Source: an uncultured Rubrobacteraceae bacterium (GTDB lineage: Bacteria > Actinomycetota > Rubrobacteria > Rubrobacterales > Rubrobacteraceae). Taken from it: 33,431 nt of DNA. The position numbers and the translations under genes are program-made. This document shows positions 21,207 to 31,730 of this stretch, piece by piece. Under the pieces are notes generated by a model. It was not told the origin of the DNA, did not search any database, and worked only from the letters and a program-made list of their open reading frames with translations. The stretch is taken from positions 1 to 33,431 of the forward strand of contig CAXTDD010000002.1 in the NCBI GenBank assembly GCA_964242955.1, read 5' to 3'. Within the stretch, counting starts at the first letter, position 1; every line of letters starts with the position of its first letter.

Positions 21207-22208
21207 GAGCAACTTGCACAACGGATGATGGTCGTGCGAAGCTGTTTGGATGAACGCTTACTCGCTCGATCTCAGGCTGAAGGTGCTCGACGCCGTGGAC
21301 CGCGGCATCCCGAGGAGGGTGGTGGTGGGGACCTTCGGGGTCTCGATGCCGACCCTAGAGAGGTACCTCAGACGTGGGAGGCAAACCGGGGAGGTGGCCC
21401 CGAAGCCCTCCCCCGGGCGGACGCCCTCCATCTGCGCCACCCCGGAGGAGAGGAACGCCCTATGGAGGCAGCTCGAAGAGAACGACGAGGCGACGCTCGA
21501 GCGCCACCGCGAGCTGTGGGAGCAAGGGGGCGGGGTGAAGGTCTCCATCTCCACCATGAGCAGGGCCGTGCGCAAGCTGGGTTGGACGTTCAAAAAAAGT
21601 CGCTGGCAGCCTCCGAGCGGGACGAAGAGGCTAGAGATGCTTGGCGGGAACACGTGAGGGCGCTCGATCCGAGGAGGCTGGTGTTCGTGGACGAGTGCTC
21701 CACCAACATAGCGCTCACGAGGCTCTACGCGAGGGCGCCCAAAGGGGAGCGGGCTTGCGGGAAGGCGCCAAGGAACTGGGGCAAGAACATAACCCTCGTC
21801 TGCTCTTTGGGCGCCGAAGGCATCGGGGCGGCGACGAGCGTGGAGGGGGCAACCGACGGGGCCGCCTTCGAGGCCCACGTGGAGCACTTCCTGGCCCCGA
21901 CGCTGAAGGCCGGGCAGGTCGCGGTGATGGACAACCTCCAGGTCCACAAGATGGAGAACGCGAGGGAGCTCATCGAGGATGCCGGGGCGGAGGTTTTATT
22001 CTTGCCGCCCTACTCGCCGGACTTCTCGCCCATCGAGGAGGCCTTCTCCAAGGTCAAGGGCATCCTGCGCGGGATGGGAGCCCGCACCCGCGATGCCCTG
22101 CTGGAGGCAACCTCCGACGCGCTAGACGCGGTAAGCCGCACGGATGCTCGGGGCTGGTTCGGGCATTGCGGCTACCGCGTTCCCCATCACTCGCTATGAA
22201 AACCGCTC
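21207..22208 (+). mobile_element. IS630-family element, apparently intact; transposase 21250..22199 via -1 frameshift
   Basis: TA flanks; ORFA MNAYSLDLR; A-AAA-AAG slippery site at 21592-21599; ORFB FVDECST, VMDNL, YSPDFSPIEEAFSK. Confidence 0.92.
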
Positions 22209-22310
22209 TAGTCAAATATTTCGAGGCCACCTTCGATGTGGGAGTGCACGACGCGCTGCCACGAAACGCTACACTATGACACCCTGAGGTCGTGCGCCTA
22301 GCCGAGAAGC

Positions 22311-23507
22311 TCAACCATGTTGAGATATGCCGTAGTCTGCTCTACCGTTGCGGAACTCATCCCAAAGTTGCGCAACGGTCGCCCCAAACTCCCTTTGGAA
22401 TCTCCCCTCTCCAAATCGTTCGGCGTTGCGGCGGCAGACCTCGGGGTCAAACGACTCTTTACGAGCGTCGAAGGTCTCTACCGCCTCCTGTACAGCTTCC
22501 GGCGTCTGAGAGTCGAAGAACAACCCCGTGACGCCAGAAGCGGGTGATCCAACGATGGTTTCCGAGGCTCCGCCGCGCCCATAAGCTATTACGGGCGTGC
22601 CGCAAGCTTGGGCCTCCAGCGGCGCGATACCGAAGTCTTCGCGGCTCGCGAAGACGAACGCCTTTGCCCGCGCAATCAGCCGGGCTACGGTCGCGCTGTC
22701 TTGGTGCCCTAGAAACTCGATGGCCGGGTTCCTCGCCATCCGTTTTAGGGATGCCATCATGCTCCCGTCACCGATAACCACCAACCGCGCTCCAAGCGAG
22801 TTGAACGCTTTTACGACGAGGTCCAATCGTTTGTAGGGTTCGAGCCGTCCGACGGTCACGTAGTAGTCGTCCTTCACGGTCTGGAAGTGGTCGAAGAAGT
22901 GGGTTGTGTCCACCGGAGGATAGATGACGAGGCTATCGACACCGTGACGATGCCTGTGCCAGTCGCTGACGAAATGCGAGTTCGCTATGGTGACGTCGGG
23001 CCTCTGCGAAGCAATGCCGTCCCACACCCGAATTCTCGAAAGAAAGTAATCTTGAACGAAGCCGGAGATCCGATTTCGAGGATAGAAGAACCTATCCTCA
23101 TAAGCGTACTTGAGGTTCCTAGCCTGCAGATAGCATATGTGCAACTGGTCGGGCGAGGTGATCACACCCTTCGCCACCGCGTGCGACAGGGAAATCACGA
23201 CGTCGTAATCGGACAGGTCGAATTGCTCCACTGCCAGCGGCATCAGTGGTAAGTAGCGCTGGTAGTTACGGGTGGACGCGGGCAAAGATTGGATGAACGA
23301 AGTTTGGACGACCAGCTTCTCCAGAGGTGACCCTCGAAATCCCTGCGGATCGTGCATCAAGGCGAAGTGGTCCGCGTCGGGGAACGCGCTGTGGATGTTC
23401 GCCACGACGCGTTCCGCCCCTCCCACGTACCGGACAAGCCATTCGTGTACCACGGCGACCCGGATCTGTGAGAGAGGCTTCATGAGCCGTGGCGCTACTG
23501 TTGCCAC
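22311..23507 (-). CDS. Glycosyltransferase family 4 (mannosyltransferase-like)
   Basis: VAVVHEWL...GGAERV, VGRLEPYKR, EDFGIAPLEAQACGTPVIAYGRGG; overlaps the upstream stop. Confidence 0.93.
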   Translation of the reverse strand: MATVAPRLMKPLSQIRVAVVHEWLVRYVGGAERVVANIHSAFPDADHFALMHDPQGFRGSPLEKLVVQTSFIQSLPASTRNYQRYLPLMPLAVEQFDLSDYDVVISLSHAVAKGVITSPDQLHICYLQARNLKYAYEDRFFYPRNRISGFVQDYFLSRIRVWDGIASQRPDVTIANSHFVSDWHRHRHGVDSLVIYPPVDTTHFFDHFQTVKDDYYVTVGRLEPYKRLDLVVKAFNSLGARLVVIGDGSMMASLKRMARNPAIEFLGHQDSATVARLIARAKAFVFASREDFGIAPLEAQACGTPVIAYGRGGASETIVGSPASGVTGLFFDSQTPEAVQEAVETFDARKESFDPEVCRRNAERFGEGRFQREFGATVAQLWDEFRNGRADYGISQHG

Positions 23508-24658
23508 GCTGCGACCTCTTGTAGTTGCTGCCGTATGCCCTCTAGCATAGCCTGCAGGGAGAACCGCTCCGTCGCCGTGGCATGCCCTGCTTTGGCCAGA
23601 GATCGCGCCCTGCCTCTATCCGCCAGCAAGCCCCGCAACACTTCGGCCAGAGCATCTGTGTCTCCGGGTGGGACGAGAACCCCGTTGGTCTCGTCGTCGA
23701 CGATCTCGACCGCGCCTCCAGCTCGGGTGGCCACGACAGGGCTGCACGCTAACATCCCCTCCACGATAACCCTGCCAAACGGCTCAGGGGCAACAGAGGT
23801 GTGCACCACCACATCGGACAGATGCATCAACTGCGGAATGTCTTGGCGGAAGCCAAGAAAGTGCGCGCGACCTTCTACGCCCAAGCTTCTGCTCTGCTCA
23901 CGCAGAGCGTTAGCGTAGGTCTGCTCTCCGAATATTGCTTCACCGACCAGGATGGCGTGAACGTCTGGTAAGCGGGGGAGGGCTCTCAGCAGCACGTGCT
24001 GACCTTTCCAGGGAGCAAGACGGCTGAAAACCCCGACTATCGGCACTCCCTCAAGCCCGAGTTCTCGTCTGAGATCGTTGACCTCACCCGTCTCGACCGA
24101 TTCGAATGGGGTAGGATCTATGCCGTTGTAAACTACGCGTACCTGCTCGGGGCGTCCACCGCCTTCGATGAGGGCTTGGGCGGCGGCCTGCGAGCAGGTG
24201 ATGACGCGCCGGATCATCTTGTTAGACAGGAAGACGGCCAGCCGACGGTGGCCCAGGCTGAAATGATCCGCGGTCAAAAGATCGTGCTGGTGCCATATGA
24301 CGGGCTTCCTGGCGATTCTCCCCGCCAACGCTCCCACGACAAGAGCTTTCTGGGAATTGGAGTAGATCAGCTCACAGTCCCTGGCCAGCTTAGCCACCCG
24401 TCGGGCCAGGTCGAGGACACCCGGTACGGCCAGCAAATCCCGCTTTATACCTCCTTCACGAGACACGCCGCTTACCGCGCCAGGGGCTGCTAGAACTTCG
24501 ACCTCTGCGCCGATCTCTTCCAGTCGGCGTTGGAATGGGCCTTCGGCGAGGAGTACGACCCGACTTGTCCCCAGGTTGTCCCGTACAACGTCGAGCAAGA
24601 ACAGTTCCGCCCCACCCAAGGATGCTGTATGGTCCAAGAAAAGCACCCTCGGCCTCAT
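23495..24658 (-). CDS. Glycosyltransferase family 4
   Basis: ATGA coupling at 24655-24658; LFLDHTASLGGAE, FSRLAPWKGQH, EPFGRVIVEGML. Confidence 0.93.
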   Translation of the reverse strand: MRPRVLFLDHTASLGGAELFLLDVVRDNLGTSRVVLLAEGPFQRRLEEIGAEVEVLAAPGAVSGVSREGGIKRDLLAVPGVLDLARRVAKLARDCELIYSNSQKALVVGALAGRIARKPVIWHQHDLLTADHFSLGHRRLAVFLSNKMIRRVITCSQAAAQALIEGGGRPEQVRVVYNGIDPTPFESVETGEVNDLRRELGLEGVPIVGVFSRLAPWKGQHVLLRALPRLPDVHAILVGEAIFGEQTYANALREQSRSLGVEGRAHFLGFRQDIPQLMHLSDVVVHTSVAPEPFGRVIVEGMLACSPVVATRAGGAVEIVDDETNGVLVPPGDTDALAEVLRGLLADRGRARSLAKAGHATATERFSLQAMLEGIRQQLQEVAAWQQ

Positions 24659-25812
24659 CTCAGAGCCTCCGCATACACTTCCCGGGTGCGCGCCGCGACA
24701 ACAGGCCAGTCGTAACGAGCACGCACGTACTCTTGGCAAACTGTGTTCTCCGGTAAGGTCACCCCCCCCGTCAATGCCGCTTCGATCCCGCCAGCCAGAT
24801 CCTCGATACGGCTACCCGGCAGCACCAAATCTTTGGAAAGATCGCTTACCACCTCGGGCAAACCCCCTACCGGGGTTACGAGGACAGGAGTCCCAACCGC
24901 CAGGGACTCCACCGCTACTAGTCCGAAACCCTCCAAAGCCACCGTGGGTACTATGCTCAAGTTCGCCGCCCGGTAGGCGATAGGGAGAGTCTCGTCGGTA
25001 ACGAACCCCAACATCCGCACGTGTTTTTCGAGACCTTCCGACCGGATTTGCGCTGCGAGTTCATCGAACAGCGCTCCCTTACCTGCTATCAGGAGAAGCA
25101 CATCCGGCACCCTGCGCTTCACTCGGCCTAGCGCTGAAATCAATCCTTCCAGCCCCATCCGCGTTACCAGACGACGTGCGGTGAACACTATGGGTCGATC
25201 GTACGGCCAATCCAGTCGTTCTCGCGCTTCCCGCAAGGTAAGACCGGTGTCGTATTTGCTTGCATCTACCCCGCCAGGAACCCAGTGAATGCGTTCCTGA
25301 GGCACTCCGTAATCCTGGTGTAGTACGTCTCCGAAGGAGCGAGACAGCACGATACAACGGGATGCCCGTCTGTATACGGCCCGCTCGATCGCTGTCTTAA
25401 TTCTGACGTTCGACGCGTTCGCCCCTTCGACCCGCCCCTCCAGGGCCCACGGACCATGGAAGTGGAACACTAGAGGGAGAGAGCGGAGTTTGTCCAGTAC
25501 GGGAAACGTGTACAAAGCAAAATGGGCGCCCACTAGGTCCGGTCGTGACTCTGAGGTCATCGTTTGTAACCCACGCCGCAGAGCCAAACAGCGGACCGGC
25601 AAAGAAGCATCTGGAGCAGCGAAGGCCCGGACCGCACCACCCGATTCGCGGACCACCCGATGCGAACCCACGACGAGACCTCGTGCCGTCACCCCGGAAG
25701 AGGGCAGATGGCGGATCAACTCGTAGTACATTCGATGCAATCCCCCAGGAAGCTCGGGGAACCATCGGTCTCCCAGCTGCAAGGTCCGGATCGGAGCGGA
25801 GGTTGTGCTCAA
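24655..25812 (-). CDS. Glycosyltransferase family 4
   Basis: HFHGPWALE, RRLVTRMGL, EGFGLVAVESLAVGTPVLVTPVGGLPE. Confidence 0.93.
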   Translation of the reverse strand: MSTTSAPIRTLQLGDRWFPELPGGLHRMYYELIRHLPSSGVTARGLVVGSHRVVRESGGAVRAFAAPDASLPVRCLALRRGLQTMTSESRPDLVGAHFALYTFPVLDKLRSLPLVFHFHGPWALEGRVEGANASNVRIKTAIERAVYRRASRCIVLSRSFGDVLHQDYGVPQERIHWVPGGVDASKYDTGLTLREARERLDWPYDRPIVFTARRLVTRMGLEGLISALGRVKRRVPDVLLLIAGKGALFDELAAQIRSEGLEKHVRMLGFVTDETLPIAYRAANLSIVPTVALEGFGLVAVESLAVGTPVLVTPVGGLPEVVSDLSKDLVLPGSRIEDLAGGIEAALTGGVTLPENTVCQEYVRARYDWPVVAARTREVYAEALR

Positions 25813-26033
25813 CGTATCCCACCCAAGCCTCTACTCCTCAAGGAAGCCCGAATCGCAGCACAAGCGTACCGATGTCCGTGAGGTGTCGTTCTTGTCGTGA
25901 CCAAACTTTGCACCAGCCTGTTATCTTCCTTTAAGAGTGCATTGCAAAACCTCACGGGAGAAGGTGTCGAGGCAGATCAGGGAGCGGCCGCGATAGGAGA
26001 ACCTCTAGCCACATGCAGGTTCTGCAAGGCGTT

Positions 26034-27425
26034 CTAAACTATGCTCCTCGCGTCCGATATTTCTGACCTTGTACGAATGTCCTCGCCTCGATAATCTGTT
26101 GTTGCTTCGCTTCTGGTACCGCTCAAGATCCGGTGGCGGTAGACTTCGGACCCTATCGCCAACCCGGCGAAAGTCCAGAATAGCATGCCGCCCAAACCGA
26201 CTATCGTATCGTTGAAGACGAGTTGTATTAGTATGCCGACCACGATAGCGCGGGACGCAACAGCGAAGGTATCACTGTGATCTTTGCTGCTAAAGGCGTA
26301 AGACAATAACCAGATTAAGCCCGCGATGTACAGTATCGAGCCCGGCCATCCAAGAAGGAAGGGAATTTCTAGGATGCCGCTGTCGAAAGCGGCGTTCTCG
26401 CCCAGCTCACCGACGCCACCCCCTTCAGCGCTCAGTTTAGTGGACTCGCCGGTAGCGCCGAAGCCGGAACCCACTGGGTTCAGTAAAGCCTGCGTTGCGG
26501 TCTCTTGGTAAAAATCGACGCGTGCCCTGAAACTTGTGTCCTCGCCGAGTTCCGCGATGGTACCCACGCGCTCGTTTATCCTGTCTGCTACCGGACCGAT
26601 GGTTAGCAGGGGCAGAACGATCAGCGCTATCGCCAAAATTACCGGCACTACAGAACCCAAGCGTCGTCGCTGCAAGACGATGAACAACATGCCTGCCAAC
26701 CACCCACCCCAGGCCGCACGCTTCAACGAGAGTAGAAAGCTTAGGAAGCCCGCAGCAGCCGCCGGCCAACGTGCCAGGCCGTTCGCACTCGACAACAGTA
26801 GCAAGCCCGCCATCATAGCCAAGGCAAAAGGCTGCGGAGAATTCAAGGTGCTGAAAACCAAGACCTCGAGCGGCTCTGGTTGCCCGACGGAGGTTATAGG
26901 CGCATTCTCCATCCAATAGCGATCCCACGGCGGAAGAACAAAGAACTGCACCACACCATAGACGCCCATTATCGTAATGCCCAGCAAGAAAGTCCGCTGT
27001 ACCGCTCGACGGTATATGGGATACTTATACCAATTCACGATCAGATGAAAAGCGAACACCACCGGCACCAACCACTCGATCAGGTGGTAAGTCGCGCTGG
27101 GCGCTCCCGCACGGTAAAGGCCGACAGCGTATGCGTAGAAAAGGCCCAGGAATACCAGGAAGAACGGGAAGTACCGTTTCAGTTGCATCTTGGGCAGATG
27201 ATGCACCAACGTAAAGAAAGTGAGCGACGACGCCAAATAAGGGGCCAACACTACCGGATTAAGAGGATCCCAGCCCTGCACGTAGTCCAGCAGACGTCGA
27301 ACCTCCGGCGTAAGGAACCAGAGCCACCAAACGAAGCTAACGTACAAGCCGGGACGGCGCCAGTACGACGCCGCGCCCACCGCCAGCGCTGCGGCCAAGT
27401 AAGCGTACCCTAAGTAGCCCAACAA
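26034..27425 (-). CDS. O-antigen ligase/Wzy polymerase-like membrane protein
   Basis: About 10-12 hydrophobic segments; FSTLNSP, LSLKRAAW, periplasmic loop DTSFRAR..P.GSGFG..DSG; lies between the flippase and the GTs. Confidence 0.78.
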   Translation of the reverse strand: MLGYLGYAYLAAALAVGAASYWRRPGLYVSFVWWLWFLTPEVRRLLDYVQGWDPLNPVVLAPYLASSLTFFTLVHHLPKMQLKRYFPFFLVFLGLFYAYAVGLYRAGAPSATYHLIEWLVPVVFAFHLIVNWYKYPIYRRAVQRTFLLGITIMGVYGVVQFFVLPPWDRYWMENAPITSVGQPEPLEVLVFSTLNSPQPFALAMMAGLLLLSSANGLARWPAAAAGFLSFLLSLKRAAWGGWLAGMLFIVLQRRRLGSVVPVILAIALIVLPLLTIGPVADRINERVGTIAELGEDTSFRARVDFYQETATQALLNPVGSGFGATGESTKLSAEGGGVGELGENAAFDSGILEIPFLLGWPGSILYIAGLIWLLSYAFSSKDHSDTFAVASRAIVVGILIQLVFNDTIVGLGGMLFWTFAGLAIGSEVYRHRILSGTRSEATTDYRGEDIRTRSEISDARSIV

Positions 27426-27663
27426 CCCTCCAGATTCGACCGTGTGGTGTCGACAGTCGGTTTGAGTCCGCGTCTCATTTGTTCTGGGCGGCTCGGTACA
27501 GGCGCCGCCGAGTTCGAATCGCCGTCACTTCTCTCGAGGCCTCCCATAGTCCGTCGAAGGCCGACTGCGTCGATACTGTCACATTGTGGACGAGAATTTA
27601 CCACCCAGTCTGGACCCTCAGGACCTCCTTTGTGCTTCTGACGGTTCAATTCCCAGTGTTCGT

Positions 27664-28995
27664 TCACTTGTCACTACCTTCCCCGGAGAACACCGCGACG
27701 AAGTCCTCCAGCTTCGGCCAGAGCCTCGGCGGGCGTACCCCCAGTGTTATCGGGAAGTTCACCAACACAAAGCCGAAGCGGACCATCGTAGAGATTAGCA
27801 TAGCCATGCCCGCGCCCACCAAGCCAAACTTGGGGATCAGCACCAGCAAGAGCGGTACGGTCAAGAACACGCCTACGCCCTGCATTAATGAAACCAATCC
27901 CGGCTTGTCGGAGGCCATAAACGCTTGAGCCAGTACCCAGACGGTACCAGAGAGGACCACCTCCGCCAACAAAAGCCTGAAAACGGGGACCGCACTCAAG
28001 AACTCTTCTCCGTAAACTACTCGCAGTGCCCAGGGACCCGAGATCGCTAGCAGCGAAGCGGCGAGTACGGCGACGGTGATACTTACCCGGACGCCACGAC
28101 CGATCAGCGCTACGACCTCGTCGACGGGGCGGCTCGCCGTTTTCGGTAAGATCACCTGGGCCAAGGCGGCTGCGAAGGCATCCAGCGTCCGCGCGAGGCT
28201 GACGGCCACAACGTAGAGTCCCATCGCGGTAGGGTTGAGTAAACCGACCACCAGCATCTGGTCCAGCCGACCTGCCACCAACTGGCCGAGCAAGTCGACG
28301 CCGTACGACCTGACGCCATACGAGGTAAGCGAACGGAAAGATGCTCGAAGACCTGCCAGAGTTGGCCGGTACATCCTCCATAACCGGATCGCCAGCCAGA
28401 GAAAGACCGGTACGTAGGGCAACATGTATGCTAGGGCCGCGTTGACGGGCGTGAGGTGATGGGTCAGGGTCAGCAGGACGAGGACGAGCAAAGTAAACCC
28501 GGGAAGAAGATACCGAGCAGCGTTGAAAATGGTGAACTCTTCACGGGCTCGCAGCACAGCGAGGAACACCCCGATTAGTGAGATCAACGGCGAGAAGAGC
28601 ATGAATTGCTGAGCGCGGCGTACTACCTCCGGAGGATAATCGCTGAGCCAGAAAGGAAGGGCTATCGCCCCCACCAGGGTAGCGCAGACGCCCGTTCCCG
28701 TCCCTATAACCATGGCGGCCGAGAACAGCCTGGAGCCCTCCTCGGGATGGCGCCTCAAGTTGTACAGCAGTGCCGTGGGCAAACCTATCGTAAGCGCCAT
28801 CGCGAAAACCTGCGGCCACATCTGCATGGCAGCTTGGGCGCCCCTACCGTCAGCGCCGAGGGCGCGCGCGGTTATGATGCCCGTGCCAAAGTTGACGCCC
28901 AGCACCAAAACGTTCACCATCACGGTTTGAATGGTAGCGGCCACACCGCCGCCCAGTGGTATAGCGCGCCTTATGCTGCTTGGCAGCCTAGCCAC
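27664..28995 (-). CDS. wzx: Oligosaccharide flippase (Wzx, MOP family)
   Basis: ARALGADGRG and RLDQMLVVGLL...MGLYVVA motifs; about 12 TM helices; LIPKFGLVGAGMA. Confidence 0.85.
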   Translation of the reverse strand: MARLPSSIRRAIPLGGGVAATIQTVMVNVLVLGVNFGTGIITARALGADGRGAQAAMQMWPQVFAMALTIGLPTALLYNLRRHPEEGSRLFSAAMVIGTGTGVCATLVGAIALPFWLSDYPPEVVRRAQQFMLFSPLISLIGVFLAVLRAREEFTIFNAARYLLPGFTLLVLVLLTLTHHLTPVNAALAYMLPYVPVFLWLAIRLWRMYRPTLAGLRASFRSLTSYGVRSYGVDLLGQLVAGRLDQMLVVGLLNPTAMGLYVVAVSLARTLDAFAAALAQVILPKTASRPVDEVVALIGRGVRVSITVAVLAASLLAISGPWALRVVYGEEFLSAVPVFRLLLAEVVLSGTVWVLAQAFMASDKPGLVSLMQGVGVFLTVPLLLVLIPKFGLVGAGMAMLISTMVRFGFVLVNFPITLGVRPPRLWPKLEDFVAVFSGEGSDK

Positions 28996-29229
28996 CTCCG
29001 AAAGCCTTTTGAACTAGGTAACTCCCTGTCTGTTCGGCAAATTGCTCGGCAAATGCCCATGCTGACGTTACTTCCAGTGCCATTGGGGTCCGCGAGTGCC
29101 GCAGGACGACGTTGACGCCCGACGGCCGCATGAACGCTACCGACAGCATATCGCGCAGCGCTGGAGCGCCGCGTACCGCCTCATAAGGCGCCGGTGGCGA
29201 TCCGCCTGCGACTCGCGCTTCTATCGACA

Positions 29230-29562
29230 TCAGCGATGCATGTGGATACGATGCCAGGAAGGGAGAAGCTGCAGCTTGTCCTTGAGTATCCCGGCCTCTA
29301 GAAATTGGAAGACTAGACCGTATCCCCCACGCAGGAGATCGGAGCCGAGCATTCGCGAGGACGGCGGGAGGGAATCGAGCTCCATCAACAAACGGTCTAA
29401 ATCGTACCCCATCGTAGCCAGGCGCTCGGGCCCGATCCACCTAAGGTAGCGGCAGCTCCAGATTTTTCGGATGGGGTTAGACAAAGTTCGCTTCCATTTG
29501 CTCAACGGTTCTTGGCTGACTCGGTCGTATCTCGCCTTGCCGGGGTTATCGCATGGATCTGC
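29230..29562 (-). pseudogene. C-terminal remnant of a probable sulfotransferase
   Basis: DNPG..RYDRVSQEPLSKWKRTLSNPIRK.W..RYLRWIG.ERLA.MGY resembles the C-terminus of polysaccharide-locus sulfotransferases (recalled, not searched). In-frame TGA just upstream; no PAPS-binding N-terminus. Confidence 0.5.
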
Positions 29563-30187
29563 TCATGAGTGGCCAGTATACGTTGCAACATGGTGGATCC
29601 CGAGCGACCGATCGAAAAAAGAAAGGTGGGACTTCTAGCCGCTGCCAACCGGTATCACCTCATAGAAAATCCATGATTACCGTAGGGTGTGGACGCCCAG
29701 AAGCGCCCGATGCTTCTGAAGGCCACCGAACTCAGGATGCACTTCCATGCAGCCCGTACCTTCTTTCTAACCCATCGTGTCAAGCGCGTGAAGGTGAAGC
29801 CGACTTTCAAGGATGGGTCCCTTCGTACACTCTGCATTTAGCGTAGTCTAGCAGAGTTACCTGGAGTCTCCCAACACCTTGCGCGTTTGGTGCACCTTTT
29901 CTATCCTAGCGCCCTACTCCTTTCGACGCAAAATCGGACGATCTTGGAATCTTACAGGGTAGGCCGTACTCATAGATTGTTTCTAACGCTTTCAATACCT
30001 GTGCGTTCGCCGCAAAAACGTTGGGGATGTGAGCGTGTCCCAGAGCGTACGGTGCTTCGCGCGCTGCGTCGCGAGCACGTGGCATATCTGAGATACTAGC
30101 TTGATGAACAACCTGAAGCACGAGTGCAGCGGTGCGTCTGCTGTCAGGCCTTTGGGAGCGAACACGCCGTCAAGAGTGGAGGAATAA

Positions 30188-31054
30188 TTGGTTAGCTTCT
30201 CGCTCGTGCTGGGGACGGTCGAGAGAACGCACGATCTCGGGCACTTCTTAGCGTCGCTCGATGCACAGACCTACCGCGATTTCGAGTTGATCGTCGTCGA
30301 TCAGAACAAGGACGAGCGGCTAGCGCCGATCCTGGGTCCCTACGCGAGCAGGTTCCCGATCGTCCACTTGAGATCGGAGCCGGGCCTCACGAGGGCAAAA
30401 AACCTGGGGCTTAATCGCGTGAGCGGCGACATCGTCGGTTTCCCGGACGATAACTGTCGATTTCCGCGAGATCTCCTCGGAAGAGTGGCCCAATTCTTTG
30501 CTAAGCATCCAGAAGTGGAAGGCCTAACCGGTCGTTCGGCCGACGACGACGATCGGGACAGCAACGGAACGTTCGATCGCGAGGCCGGCACTGTGGACAA
30601 GTTCAACGTGTGGAACCGTAGCACCGCGTACACGATCTTCCTGCGCCGGAACACCGCCCGAAGGGCACGATACGATGAACAAATGGGTCCGGGAGCAGGG
30701 ACGGTGTGGGGTGCCGGCGACGACCACGATTACCTGCTGGAAGTTTTGAGCCGGGGGGCTTCAGTAGTGTACGATCCTCGCGTTTTGGTCCTGCATCCTG
30801 TACCGGTGACGCGACTAGACGAGGCGGCCATACACCGGGCTTATACATACAATTGCGGTGCGGGACGCGCTATACAGAGGCACGGGTTCCCCTGGTGGTT
30901 CAAGGCATGGTGGCTCGCAAGGCCCTTGGGCGGACTTGTGCTGCGCTCCATCGGTCTTATCAAAGGCCCACTCGGGATCAAGACGCACCGCTGGAATGTC
31001 TTTAAGGGTAGGTTGAGGGGTCTTCTTGGTGAACGTGCAAGTTTCCTCGCATAG
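30188..31054 (+). CDS. Glycosyltransferase family 2
   Basis: TTG after GGAGG; FSLVLGT, FELIVVDQN, GLTRAKNLGL, VGFPDDNC, WGAGDD. Confidence 0.92.
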   Translation: MVSFSLVLGTVERTHDLGHFLASLDAQTYRDFELIVVDQNKDERLAPILGPYASRFPIVHLRSEPGLTRAKNLGLNRVSGDIVGFPDDNCRFPRDLLGRVAQFFAKHPEVEGLTGRSADDDDRDSNGTFDREAGTVDKFNVWNRSTAYTIFLRRNTARRARYDEQMGPGAGTVWGAGDDHDYLLEVLSRGASVVYDPRVLVLHPVPVTRLDEAAIHRAYTYNCGAGRAIQRHGFPWWFKAWWLARPLGGLVLRSIGLIKGPLGIKTHRWNVFKGRLRGLLGERASFLA

Positions 31055-31055
31055 C

Positions 31056-31730
31056 TCAAATTCCCGAGGTCCTTCTCAATCGGCACCCAACTTCTACCTG
31101 CTTTCCGTGAACGCCCAGGTACAGAAGCAGGGAGTATATGAAGACGGTTACACCGCACATCTCGAGCAGTTCTTCGGCGTGCGTCAACAAAAGATACGCG
31201 AGACTTGAGTTACCGTAGAGACTGGCATAGAGACCGCCAAACACCTCCATCCCGAGAGCGCCCCCGACGTAGAGAAAGCCGGCGGTAAGTAAAAGGCGGA
31301 TTTCGGTAAGGAGGTCGCGCAAGAACCTGAGATAGGCTAGTACGAAGACTACCACAAGGGGACCGTAGAGAACGACCCAGGTATAGTCTGAGAACGCTTC
31401 GGTACGCAGCCAGTTGGCAAGAACCGGTCTCGCCTTCTCGTGAATGGAAGACGTTTCGTCCGCGGATAGGTACAAGAAGCCCAGAGACAAACCGCCCCAG
31501 TGCATTCTCCGGGGAACACCCACGGCGGCGGTGATGGTCGCAAGAAAGATAGCGCAGATCAGCAGCATGGACGACGAATACCAGGTTGGGATGTTCTGGT
31601 CCGCATCGAGGTCGAACAATTGCGCTTGCCCATCCCCCCGATACTCACTACCAGACTTAAGAACTCAAAGAACAAACTCAAGGCAGTGAGTCCAAGCGTA
31701 ACGATGCCCATAACGATGAGAACATACTTA
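31056..31730 (-). pseudogene. Integral membrane protein of unknown function, 5'-truncated by IS5 and frameshifted near 31630
   Basis: Multi-TM with FDLDADQNIPTWYSS, LSADETSSIHE and EELLEM.G; the first TM segment is in another frame and abuts the IS5 TIR. Confidence 0.65.

Noticed and set aside
20679-22199. 506-aa ORF as a single transposase
   Set aside because: Only the part after the slippery site near 21595 is real; the 5' part crosses two separate IS copies.
27410-27667. 85-aa ORF between wzx and the wzy-like gene
   Set aside because: It overlaps both neighbours, but its composition is unremarkable and it has no motif; cannot be supported.
29563-30187. Short ORFs or an ncRNA in the divergent intergenic region
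   Set aside because: No recognisable motif, RBS-supported ORF or convincing structure.
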